Assembly (NCBI GenBank): GCA_045580815.1
Contig: JAZNOL010000115.1
Coordinates: 1-55,132 of the forward strand
Direction of reading: 5' to 3'
Origin: Clostridia bacterium
GTDB lineage: Bacteria; Bacillota; Clostridia; RUG12999
Length of the DNA: 55,132 nucleotides
Each line of letters begins with the position of its first letter. Positions within the stretch are counted from its first letter, which is position 1. The notes under the pieces were generated by a model. It was not told the origin of the DNA. It was given only the letters and a program-made list of their open reading frames with translations, and ran no database searches. This document shows, in pieces, positions 47,019-55,132 of this stretch. The translations under genes and the position numbers were made by a program.

Positions 47019-49127
47019 ATGGGTAGAGAATATTCTTTGGATAATACAAGAAATATTGGTATCATGGCGCATATCGACGCCGGTAAAACCACTACCACAG
47101 AAAGAATTCTGTACTATACCGGTATTAACCACAAAATCGGAGAAACACACGAAGGTACTGCTACAATGGACTGGATGGCTCAGGAGCAGGAACGTGGTAT
47201 AACCATCACATCTGCTGCAACAACATGTTTCTGGCAGAAAAAAGAAGGTTATAAAAAAGGTATAAAACACAGAATCAACATCATAGATACACCCGGACAC
47301 GTGGACTTCACTGTTGAGGTTCAGCGTTCACTTCGTGTGCTTGACGGTTCCGTTACTGTTCTTTGTGCAAAAGGCGGTGTTGAACCCCAGTCAGAAACAG
47401 TTTGGCGTCAGGCAAACGACTATAATGTTCCGCGTATGATTTACGTTAACAAAATGGACATTATGGGTGCAGACTTCTACAACGTTGAAGAGATGGTTCA
47501 TGACCGTCTCCAGGCAAACGGTGTTCCGATTCAGCTTCCTATCGGTGCTGAGGACACATTTAAAGGCATCATTGACCTTATGGAAATGAAAGCAGAGGTT
47601 TATTATGACGATGTAGGTAAAGACTACCGCAAAGAAGATATCCCTGCTGACATGCTTGAAAAAGCAGAAGAATACAGAGCTAAACTGGTTGAAGCAATCG
47701 CTGAAACAGACGAAGAAATCATGGAAAAATACCTCGGAGAAGAGGAAATTTCTGTTGACGAACTCAAAAAAGCTCTCCGTAAAGCAACAATAGCTAACGA
47801 AATCGTTCCGATGCTTTGCGGTACTTCTTACAGAAACAAAGGTGTTCAGCTTCTGCTTGATGCGGTTATCGATTATATGCCCGCTCCGACAGACGTTGAA
47901 GACATCAAGGGTGTAAATCCCGACACAGAAGAACCCGAATCAAGACCTTCATCAGACGAAGCTCCGTTTGCTGCTCTTGCATTCAAAATTGCAACAGACC
48001 CATTCGTTGGTAAAATCTGCTTCTTCCGTGTATATTCAGGAACAATCGGTTCCGGTTCATATGTTCTCAATGCCTGCAAAGGCAATAAAGAACGTCTTGG
48101 ACGTATTCTCCAGATGCACGCAAACCACCGTGAAGATATAGATGTTGTATATTCAGGTGATATTGCAGCGGCAGTTGGTCTTAAAAACACAACAACCGGT
48201 GACACACTCTGTGATCCCGACCACCCGGTTATCCTTGAGTCTATGGACTTCCCGGAACCTGTTATCCGTGTTGCTATAGAACCGAAAACCAAAGCAGGTC
48301 AGGAAAAAATGGGTATCGCTCTTGCAAAACTTGCTGAAGAAGACCCCACTTTCAAAACATATACAGACGAAGAAACCGGTCAGACAATTATTGCAGGTAT
48401 GGGTGAGCTTCACCTTGAAATCATCGTAGACAGACTCTTACGTGAATTTAAAGTTGAAGCAGACGTTGGTAAACCGCAAGTTTCTTATCGAGAAACAATC
48501 CGCAAAACTGTTGAAGTTGATAACAAATATTCAAGACAGTCCGGTGGTCGCGGTCAGTACGGTCACGTTAAAATCAGAGTTGAACCCCTCGAAGCAGGCG
48601 GCGGATACGAATTTGTTAACAACATCGTCGGCGGTGTTATTCCGAAAGAATATATCCCGGCTGTTGACAAAGGTATTCAGGGTGCAATGCTTACAGGTGT
48701 GCTCGCAGGTTACAACGTAGTTGACGTTAAAGTTACACTTTACGACGGTTCATACCACGAAGTTGACTCATCTGAAATGGCATTCCAGATTGCAGGTTCA
48801 ATGGCATTCAAAGAAGCTTGTAGAAAAGCTGATGCAGTGCTCAAAGAGCCTATCATGAAAGTTGCAGTTACTGTTCCTGAAGATTACATGGGTGACGTTA
48901 TGGGCGACCTTAACTCACGTCGTGGTCTTATCCAGGGTATGGAAGCAAGAAAAGGTGCACAGCTTATCAATGCTATGGTTCCGCTTGCTGAAATGTTCGG
49001 TTACGCAACAGACCTTCGTTCAATCACACAGGGTCGTGCACAGTACGTAATGGAACCCAGCCACTATGCTGAAGTTCCGAAAAATATTCAGGAAGATATT
49101 ATCTCAAAAAGAGCAAAATCTGAATAA
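47019..49127 (+). CDS. fusA: Elongation factor G
   Basis: [39 protein letters not shown]. Confidence 0.99.
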   Translation: MGREYSLDNTRNIGIMAHIDAGKTTTTERILYYTGINHKIGETHEGTATMDWMAQEQERGITITSAATTCFWQKKEGYKKGIKHRINIIDTPGHVDFTVEVQRSLRVLDGSVTVLCAKGGVEPQSETVWRQANDYNVPRMIYVNKMDIMGADFYNVEEMVHDRLQANGVPIQLPIGAEDTFKGIIDLMEMKAEVYYDDVGKDYRKEDIPADMLEKAEEYRAKLVEAIAETDEEIMEKYLGEEEISVDELKKALRKATIANEIVPMLCGTSYRNKGVQLLLDAVIDYMPAPTDVEDIKGVNPDTEEPESRPSSDEAPFAALAFKIATDPFVGKICFFRVYSGTIGSGSYVLNACKGNKERLGRILQMHANHREDIDVVYSGDIAAAVGLKNTTTGDTLCDPDHPVILESMDFPEPVIRVAIEPKTKAGQEKMGIALAKLAEEDPTFKTYTDEETGQTIIAGMGELHLEIIVDRLLREFKVEADVGKPQVSYRETIRKTVEVDNKYSRQSGGRGQYGHVKIRVEPLEAGGGYEFVNNIVGGVIPKEYIPAVDKGIQGAMLTGVLAGYNVVDVKVTLYDGSYHEVDSSEMAFQIAGSMAFKEACRKADAVLKEPIMKVAVTVPEDYMGDVMGDLNSRRGLIQGMEARKGAQLINAMVPLAEMFGYATDLRSITQGRAQYVMEPSHYAEVPKNIQEDIISKRAKSE

Positions 49128-49151
49128 TATTTTTAAATATTAAAAAAGTAC

Positions 49152-49180
49152 TTGCATTTTATAAAAAAATATGTTAAAAT
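49152..49180 (+). promoter_or_regulatory. Internal tuf promoter
   Basis: TTGCAT -17 bp- TAAAAT with extended TG in the fusA-tuf spacer. Confidence 0.7.
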
Positions 49181-49224
49181 AATATTATTAAAATAATTTT
49201 TAAAAATTAAGGAGGAATTTTCCA

Positions 49225-50424
49225 ATGGCAAAGGCTAAGTTCGAAAGAAACAAACCCCACGTTAATATTGGTACAATCGGTCACGTTGACCACGGTAAAA
49301 CAACTCTTACAGCAGCTATCACAAAAGTGCTCGCACTTAAAGGTGGCGCAGAATTCACAGATTACGCTAACATCGACAAAGCTCCCGAAGAAAGAGAACG
49401 TGGTATCACAATCTCTACATCACACGTTGAGTATGAAACAGAAAAAAGACACTATGCTCACGTTGACTGCCCCGGACATGCTGACTACGTTAAAAACATG
49501 ATCACCGGTGCTGCTCAGATGGACGGTGCTATCCTCGTTGGATCATCTGCTGACGGCCCAATGCCCCACACATGAGAACACATCCTTCTTGCTCGTCAGG
49601 TTGGCGTTCCCTACATTGTTGTATTCATGAACAAAGTTGACCAGGTTGACGACGAAGAACTTCTTGAACTCGTTGAAATGGAAATTCGTGATCTTCTTTC
49701 TGAATACGAATTCCCGGGCGACGATACACCTATCGTTAAAGGTTCAGGTCTCCAGGTTCTCGAATGTGCATCACAGGATCCCAGCGATCCCACATATGCA
49801 TGTATCCTTGAACTCATGGATGCTGTAGACAGCTACATTCCGGATCCCGCTCGTGACACAGACCTTCCCTTCCTTATGCCTGTCGAAGACGTATTCTCAA
49901 TCACAGGTCGTGGTACAGTTGCTACAGGTCGTGTTGAAAGAGGCGTTCTCCACATGTCTGATGAAATCGAACTCGTAGGTCTTGCAGACGAGAAAAGAAA
50001 ACTCGTTGTTACAGGTATCGAAATGTTCCGTAAACTCCTCGACGAAGCTCAGGCTGGTGACAACATCGGCGTACTTCTCCGTGGGATTGATAAAAAAGCA
50101 ATCAGCCGTGGTCAGGTTCTTGCTAAACCCGGTTCAATTGAACCTCACACAAAATTCAAAGGTCAGGTTTATATCCTGAAAAAAGAAGAAGGCGGCCGTC
50201 ATACTCCGTTCTTCAACAACTACAGACCTCAGTTCTATTTCAGAACAACAGACGTTACAGGTGTTGTTAATCTCCCCGCTGGCACAGAAATGTGTATGCC
50301 TGGCGATAACGTTGAAATGTCTGTTGAACTCATCACACCTATCGCTATCGAAGAAGGACTTCGTTTTGCTATTCGTGAAGGTGGTCACACAGTAGGTTCC
50401 GGCGTTGTTATCGGCGTAGAATAA
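49225..50424 (+). CDS. tuf: Elongation factor Tu, interrupted by an in-frame TGA at 49573-49575 (likely sequence error, otherwise pseudogene)
   Basis: [18 protein letters not shown], and after the stop in the same frame [31 protein letters not shown]. The two track ORFs are one gene. Confidence 0.95.
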
Positions 50425-50458
50425 TTTAAATAAACAGAATTTAATATTTGTGTTTATG

Positions 50459-50493
50459 AAAAGTGGCTCAGTGGATTGCACTCGGCCACTTTT
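50459..50493. terminator. Bidirectional terminator after tuf
   Basis: AAAAGTGGC..AGTG-gattg-CACT..GCCACTTTT. Confidence 0.75.
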
Positions 50494-50511
50494 GTAGTTG
50501 GCATAAAAATG

Positions 50512-51375
50512 TCAGATATCAGTATTTTTTGTAAACGGATAAAACGGTTTTGAAATTTTACGGTACTCATAAGGCGTTGTACCAGTGAACTCTTTAAACA
50601 TTTTGCTAAAATAGCTAAAACTGTTAAACCCTACTGTAGCAGCAATTTCTGAAATTGACATTTCTGTTGTTTGAAGCGGATATTTTGATTTTTCTATGCG
50701 ATACATACAAAGATATTTCTGAAAAGGCTGACCGAAATTTTCTTTAAACAAACGGCAGAAATAGCTCTCACTTATAAAAAGCTCTTTTGCCGCATCGGCA
50801 GAAGTAACAGGAAAAACATAGTTTTTGTCAATATACTCTATCATATTCCGGCAGATTTCTTTGCACTGAAAAATGCCGGATTTAATATATTTGTGTTGTT
50901 TAAGCAATGCAAAAATCATGCAAAGGTTGCCGATAACATCAAGCTCCCAGCCGTTTTCCCCGGCAGCATGAGCCACAAAAGCCTTGTCGATAAATGAAAA
51001 AAGAGCAGGGGAGTTTTTATCCTCGCTTTTTATCAGCGGAAAAACCGACACCGAACCCTTTTCAAGCCCGGATTTCAGCTCTTTATCCGGAATGAGCGAC
51101 ATATCAAAGCACAGGCATTTGTGAGAGAAAAAACAGTTTTTCTCTGCCTCAATATGGTGGGACAGATAAGGCGCAATTATTACTACATCGCCTTTTTTGA
51201 TGTTGTATATCTGTGTTTCTGCATGAAGCACCCCACGACCGTCGGTTACTATTAATAATTCAAATTCCCGGTGATTGTGCAAAAACGGCGTGAAATCCTC
51301 TGCGGTCGCATTGTCCCGGGCAAAGGTGGCAAAGGGAATAGTTGTATATCTGCTTTTGAAGCTGTCGTTGAACAT
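50512..51375 (-). CDS. AraC-family transcriptional regulator (cupin sensor domain)
   Basis: LHNHREFE cupin motif. ISESYFCRLFK and IAATVGFNSFSYFSKMFKEFTGTTP HTH pair. SD GAGGTG. Confidence 0.92.
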   Translation of the reverse strand: MFNDSFKSRYTTIPFATFARDNATAEDFTPFLHNHREFELLIVTDGRGVLHAETQIYNIKKGDVVIIAPYLSHHIEAEKNCFFSHKCLCFDMSLIPDKELKSGLEKGSVSVFPLIKSEDKNSPALFSFIDKAFVAHAAGENGWELDVIGNLCMIFALLKQHKYIKSGIFQCKEICRNMIEYIDKNYVFPVTSADAAKELFISESYFCRLFKENFGQPFQKYLCMYRIEKSKYPLQTTEMSISEIAATVGFNSFSYFSKMFKEFTGTTPYEYRKISKPFYPFTKNTDI

Positions 51376-51492
51376 AAAAATGCACCTCATGTCAATACAG
51401 TTATAATTTTTGCAAATTTAACGGTAGATTTCACTAAAATTTTGCAATATAATTATATCATAACGAAAATATGTTGTCAAGGAGTGTGTAAT

Positions 51493-52938
51493 ATGAACAC
51501 GAAGCGAAACTGGAAAATAGTATATTCAAATTACAGCGGAGCCGAGAAAAAGGCGATAGAGTTTTTAACCCGTGAGGTTGGCGGTCTTATTTTGCGTGAC
51601 AGCGGTGTTTATACAATTCATGTACTTGCCTGCGAACACGCAAACTGCACCGAAATCAACAAAAATGCCATTGTTATCGGCACTTACAGCGAAAATGAAA
51701 TTATCCGCAAATATATTAAGAAAGACGAAATTCCCGAAAACGGATACGTTGTAAAGGTTATGGACAACCCCGAAAATCCCGATTTAAAACTGGTGCTGAT
51801 AACAGCCGAAAAATCCCGTGAGGTGTTTTACGGGGCAACAGATTTTGTTGACGGTTATCTTACTTTTGAAGCACCCAAACGCTGCTGGCTGGCATTTCCG
51901 TCAGAGTTTTTTGAAAGAAAAATTCCTGATTATTACAATGCTTCTGCACCTGCAATTAAAACACGCAACGTGTGGACATGGGGACATCCCATTGACGATT
52001 ACCGCGAATATATTGACAACATTGCACGACTGAGGCTTAATCAGGTGACAATCTGGAACGATTTTGCACCCCTTAATGCAAAAGAAATCGTTGACTATGC
52101 CCACGAATACGGTATAGAAGTCATCTGGGGCTATGCCTGGGGCTGGAGCCGCAACTGCACGCAGGTGGATTTTAACAATCTGAGCAAGCTCGGTGACGAA
52201 ATTGTTGAAAAATATGAGAAAGAATACCTGACTACAGGAGCGGACGGCATTTATTTTCAGTCATTTACCGAGCTTCATGAAGAATATATCGGCAACCGTC
52301 TTATTGCCGATGTTGTGACAGAATTTGTCAATCAGACAGCCGATAAACTGCTTGCGAAATATCCTCAGTTGCATATTCAGTTTGGTTTGCACGCAACATC
52401 GGTTAAAGACCGTCTTGAGTATATCGCAAAGGTTGACAGGCGAATAAGCATTGTGTGGGAGGATTGCGGTGCGTTTCCGTATTATTATATTCCGCATGTT
52501 AAAGACGAAAATGAGTACAAAAATACGGTGGAATTTACCGACAAAATTCTTGCACTTCGTGACGGTGTGGGTTTTGGAGCACTGTATAAAGGGCACCTTG
52601 TTCAAGACTGGGAGGGCGACAAATTCTCTCACCAGAGCGGTCCCTTTGTACTTGGAATGACTTCGGAAAAAACAAAGAAAAGCGACGTGGAAATTGCAAA
52701 GCCTGTTTGGAAACGGTTCCAGACCGGCTGGCAGATGTACGGCAGGTATGCCTATGATATGACACGCCATATTGCCGAAAAAACAGGTGGTGATACTCTA
52801 CTTGGCATTGTGGGAAATTTCAATGGCGGCATATGGTTTTCCGAGGCACTTTGTGCACAGATTTTATGGGAATGTGATAAACCGTACAATGAAATTTATG
52901 AAAACGTTGCAAACCGCAAAAATATAATAACGGTGTAG
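51493..52938 (+). CDS. Hypothetical glycoside-hydrolase-like protein (GH20/GH67-type N-domain plus probable TIM barrel)
   Basis: PENGYVVK...VFYGATDF N-domain, PAIKTRNVWTW, ARLRLNQVTIW, VDYAHEYGIEV, DGIYFQ. Divergent from the AraC gene. Confidence 0.5.
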   Translation: MNTKRNWKIVYSNYSGAEKKAIEFLTREVGGLILRDSGVYTIHVLACEHANCTEINKNAIVIGTYSENEIIRKYIKKDEIPENGYVVKVMDNPENPDLKLVLITAEKSREVFYGATDFVDGYLTFEAPKRCWLAFPSEFFERKIPDYYNASAPAIKTRNVWTWGHPIDDYREYIDNIARLRLNQVTIWNDFAPLNAKEIVDYAHEYGIEVIWGYAWGWSRNCTQVDFNNLSKLGDEIVEKYEKEYLTTGADGIYFQSFTELHEEYIGNRLIADVVTEFVNQTADKLLAKYPQLHIQFGLHATSVKDRLEYIAKVDRRISIVWEDCGAFPYYYIPHVKDENEYKNTVEFTDKILALRDGVGFGALYKGHLVQDWEGDKFSHQSGPFVLGMTSEKTKKSDVEIAKPVWKRFQTGWQMYGRYAYDMTRHIAEKTGGDTLLGIVGNFNGGIWFSEALCAQILWECDKPYNEIYENVANRKNIITV

Positions 52939-52958
52939 AAAAAATATAAAATATGGAT

Positions 52959-52988
52959 GTGGCAAGGTGAAAATACCTTGCCACTTTT
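52959..52988 (+). terminator. Intrinsic terminator
   Basis: GTGGCAAGGT-gaaaat-ACCTTGCCAC-TTTT. Confidence 0.85.
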
Positions 52989-53093
52989 GGCAATAAAAAA
53001 ATTTTGAATAAAAGTATATGAAAATATAGGAATTTGTGATATTATTGTTTCTGCTCCCTAAAAATTAAATTATTTTTTGAGAAAGGAAATGTA

Positions 53094-53561
53094 ATGATTA
53101 AAAACAACATCAGAGATTACACAGTATCGGCATTTGAGTTTTACAGTGTTATGGGAAAACCTGAATCAGATGATTTTAAAAATCGTGTTTACGAGTATGC
53201 GCAATCAAAATACGAAAACGATCCGTTTTTAAGCGAGACTCAAAAAGCGATTAATATTCAGAATTTGTTTAAGTCTATGCAACCTGCGATTGCTGACATC
53301 TGTGCGGTAAACGAATTTTTGCAAAAAATAACGCACCGACCAAGCGGTGCGTTTATTAAAAAAGCTGTAGAAACTGTGTATATGACAAATTCAAAAACGG
53401 GATTTTCTCCCGGAGACTACTCTATGCTGGTGCATAAAGCAGAATTTGCTTTGCCTGCTTCTGAAGCAACGGTTTACCGATATCTGGCGGCGGCACGTGA
53501 AGATTTTGCCGCACTGCGCGGATTGCGTACTCCATCAACAATGCCGGCTGATTTCTGTTAG
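53094..53561 (+). CDS. Hypothetical helical protein with C-terminal HTH-like motif
   Basis: SD AAAGGA. ASEATVYRYLAAAR resembles a sigma-region-4/ArpU-like recognition helix. Confidence 0.65.
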   Translation: MIKNNIRDYTVSAFEFYSVMGKPESDDFKNRVYEYAQSKYENDPFLSETQKAINIQNLFKSMQPAIADICAVNEFLQKITHRPSGAFIKKAVETVYMTNSKTGFSPGDYSMLVHKAEFALPASEATVYRYLAAAREDFAALRGLRTPSTMPADFC

Positions 53562-54922
53562 TCCATATAAGAATACGGATCAATCGGAGTGCCGTCACGG
53601 CGCACTTCAAAATGCAGATGCGGACCTGTTGAGATACCGGTTGAACCAACAAGACCGATTGTTTGACCTTTTTCAACAACATCGCCTACGCTCACGTTCA
53701 TTTTGCTTAAATGAGCATAGTATGTTGTAAGTCCGTTGTTATGGTCAACAACAATAATGTTGCCGTAATCGTATCGGTACTCTGCCTGTATTACTTTGCC
53801 ATTGTCAGCGGCAACAACAGGAGAGCCTGATGAGCCTGCAATATCAACACCCTTATGGCTTGTGCGGCGACCGTCTCTTGCACCGAAACGTGAAGAAACA
53901 TTGCCTGAAAACGGAAGCATCATAACGCCTGTTCCCATATCAGAGGGGCGTTTTTTTGTGCCAACAATAACTGTTTCAGTACTTGCAGGGGTTATTACTT
54001 CGGTTGAAATTACATCACGATGGGATTCAACCCCGTTAATGTAGGTTACGTTTGCAACAACAACCTGTTCTCCGAGAATACCAGCTGTAGCAATTTCTTG
54101 CTCGTCCGAATACATCTGGTTGTTTTCAATTGTTGAGGTCCCATAGGGAATGTTTTCGTGATAAGTTACATTTTTTATTGTTTCAACTTTAAGAAGATTG
54201 CGTAATTTAAGATATGCACTGTCATAGGATGTAATGCTGTTTTTTTCAACATATTCATTTGAAAAATCCACAGATGTAAGCAGTTTGGCGTTGTCACAGT
54301 TATAAGAATTTATAACATCATCAACGGCTTTTTTTGCAGTAGCTTCGTTTTCAGCAGTGAATGCTGCTTTGCCATCAATAATAAGTGTTGAACCAAAACG
54401 AATAACGTCCGAACGATCGGCTACATTTTGGCGAAGTGTATCAGCATCGCTTATGTCACTGCGGAGCGAAATTTTCATTACGTATACGGGCTTTTCAAGG
54501 ATTTTGCTGTAGTTTCCGTATGAAATGCCCGAAATGGCATCATTCACTTCGTTAACAATATTTTCGAAATCCTTTTTTTCATTAACAGAGCCTAAGTGTA
54601 CACCATCAATATATACATCATATCCGGCGGTAAAAAATATTGATGATACGCAAATAAGAACACCGGCGCATACGGCAGTAATTGCAGTATTTTTAAATTT
54701 TTTAAGATTTTCGGGTGACTTGGTTTTTGCCTGGTTATATTTAGAAATAATCTGTGCTTTTATGTTTTTGAAAAAAGATTTGCAAGTTTTTATGAAATTT
54801 TTACAAACAGAAATCAATTTATTTATCTTATGATTATTAACTTCCATAGCAACTTTATCTTTCTGTGAAATGCGTTGACCGTTGTCGCAAATAACACGGC
54901 AACACCGCTTTTGCGTATTCAT
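53558..54922 (-). CDS. Membrane-anchored M23 metallopeptidase with G5 domain
   Basis: One TM helix, G5-like IPYGT..GILGE..YINGVE..VGTK, M23 motifs HKGVD, YAHL, STGPHLHFEV. The start is uncertain (54922 or 54937). Confidence 0.9.
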   Translation of the reverse strand: MNTQKRCCRVICDNGQRISQKDKVAMEVNNHKINKLISVCKNFIKTCKSFFKNIKAQIISKYNQAKTKSPENLKKFKNTAITAVCAGVLICVSSIFFTAGYDVYIDGVHLGSVNEKKDFENIVNEVNDAISGISYGNYSKILEKPVYVMKISLRSDISDADTLRQNVADRSDVIRFGSTLIIDGKAAFTAENEATAKKAVDDVINSYNCDNAKLLTSVDFSNEYVEKNSITSYDSAYLKLRNLLKVETIKNVTYHENIPYGTSTIENNQMYSDEQEIATAGILGEQVVVANVTYINGVESHRDVISTEVITPASTETVIVGTKKRPSDMGTGVMMLPFSGNVSSRFGARDGRRTSHKGVDIAGSSGSPVVAADNGKVIQAEYRYDYGNIIVVDHNNGLTTYYAHLSKMNVSVGDVVEKGQTIGLVGSTGISTGPHLHFEVRRDGTPIDPYSYMD

Positions 54923-55132
54923 AGAAAGAACCCACATCCTCCTTTTTGGTGCATTATTTTTGTCAGCACACAGTTACTTATTATACTATATAATTAATAT
55001 GTTTTCAAGTGGAAACAATATATAGTATGCTAAAATTATCTGTTTCTCGATAAAGCAAAATATTAGTTGCTTCTTTGCCGGATTTCTGCAGATTTCATTG
55101 TCCGGCATTCTTTTTTGAATTATAATATCATT

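Noticed and set aside
49573-49575. TGA recoding (Sec/Trp/Gly or alternative genetic code) in tuf
   Set aside because: The expected residue is Arg, TGA terminates several other genes in the window, and neighbouring codons are also corrupted.
2853-54833. Numerous 60-220 aa ORFs nested in or antisense to long genes
   Set aside because: Shadow frames without SD or motifs, overlapping well-supported CDSs.
54940-55132. Riboswitch (c-di-AMP or c-di-GMP) upstream of the M23 peptidase
   Set aside because: Only a weak GCCGGA...TCCGGC hairpin. I could not find the conserved aptamer motifs.

Overview
Low-GC chromosomal window from a Clostridia-class bacterium (genetic code 11; the SLH-rich surface proteins suggest a Ruminococcaceae/Monoglobales-like lineage, which is inference only). 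Layout: (1) 1-1464 is an AT-rich prophage-like relic containing an unannotated convergent sRNA/small hydrophobic peptide locus with type I toxin-antitoxin architecture, a zinc-ribbon gene and a start-less phage-like frame. (2) 1516-15965 is housekeeping: DUF4380-like protein, mfd, a UgtP/MGDG-type glycosyltransferase, an SLH surface protein, a Na/Pi cotransporter with a Pho box, pdxK, phoP/phoR-like genes and an HD protein. (3) 15974-16276 is a MITE-like structured element. (4) 16288-43702 is a ~27-kb Gram-positive polysaccharide-utilisation locus. Its left arm encodes a histidine kinase, a NarL-type regulator, a GGDEF protein and a GH32-like propeller. Its right arm is an 11-gene, ~22-kb operon: ABC sugar importer, two divergent PL8 lyases, two non-catalytic secreted proteins built from an unrecognised CBM-like module (5 copies in 3 proteins), a shared C-terminal module in 3 proteins, two SLH proteins, a double-FAD-domain oxidoreductase and a GH88. 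This is the best candidate for an undescribed system: a cell-surface, lyase-based complex for a uronic-acid polysaccharide. (5) An enolase-superfamily gene followed by a deletion scar. (6) The str operon rpsL-rpsG-fusA-tuf, with tuf interrupted by an in-frame TGA inside a cluster of substitutions (probably a sequence error). (7) An AraC regulator with a putative glycoside hydrolase, a small HTH protein and a G5/M23 peptidase. No rRNA, tRNA, CRISPR array or transposase was seen. All family calls come from motif recognition by eye; no searches were run.
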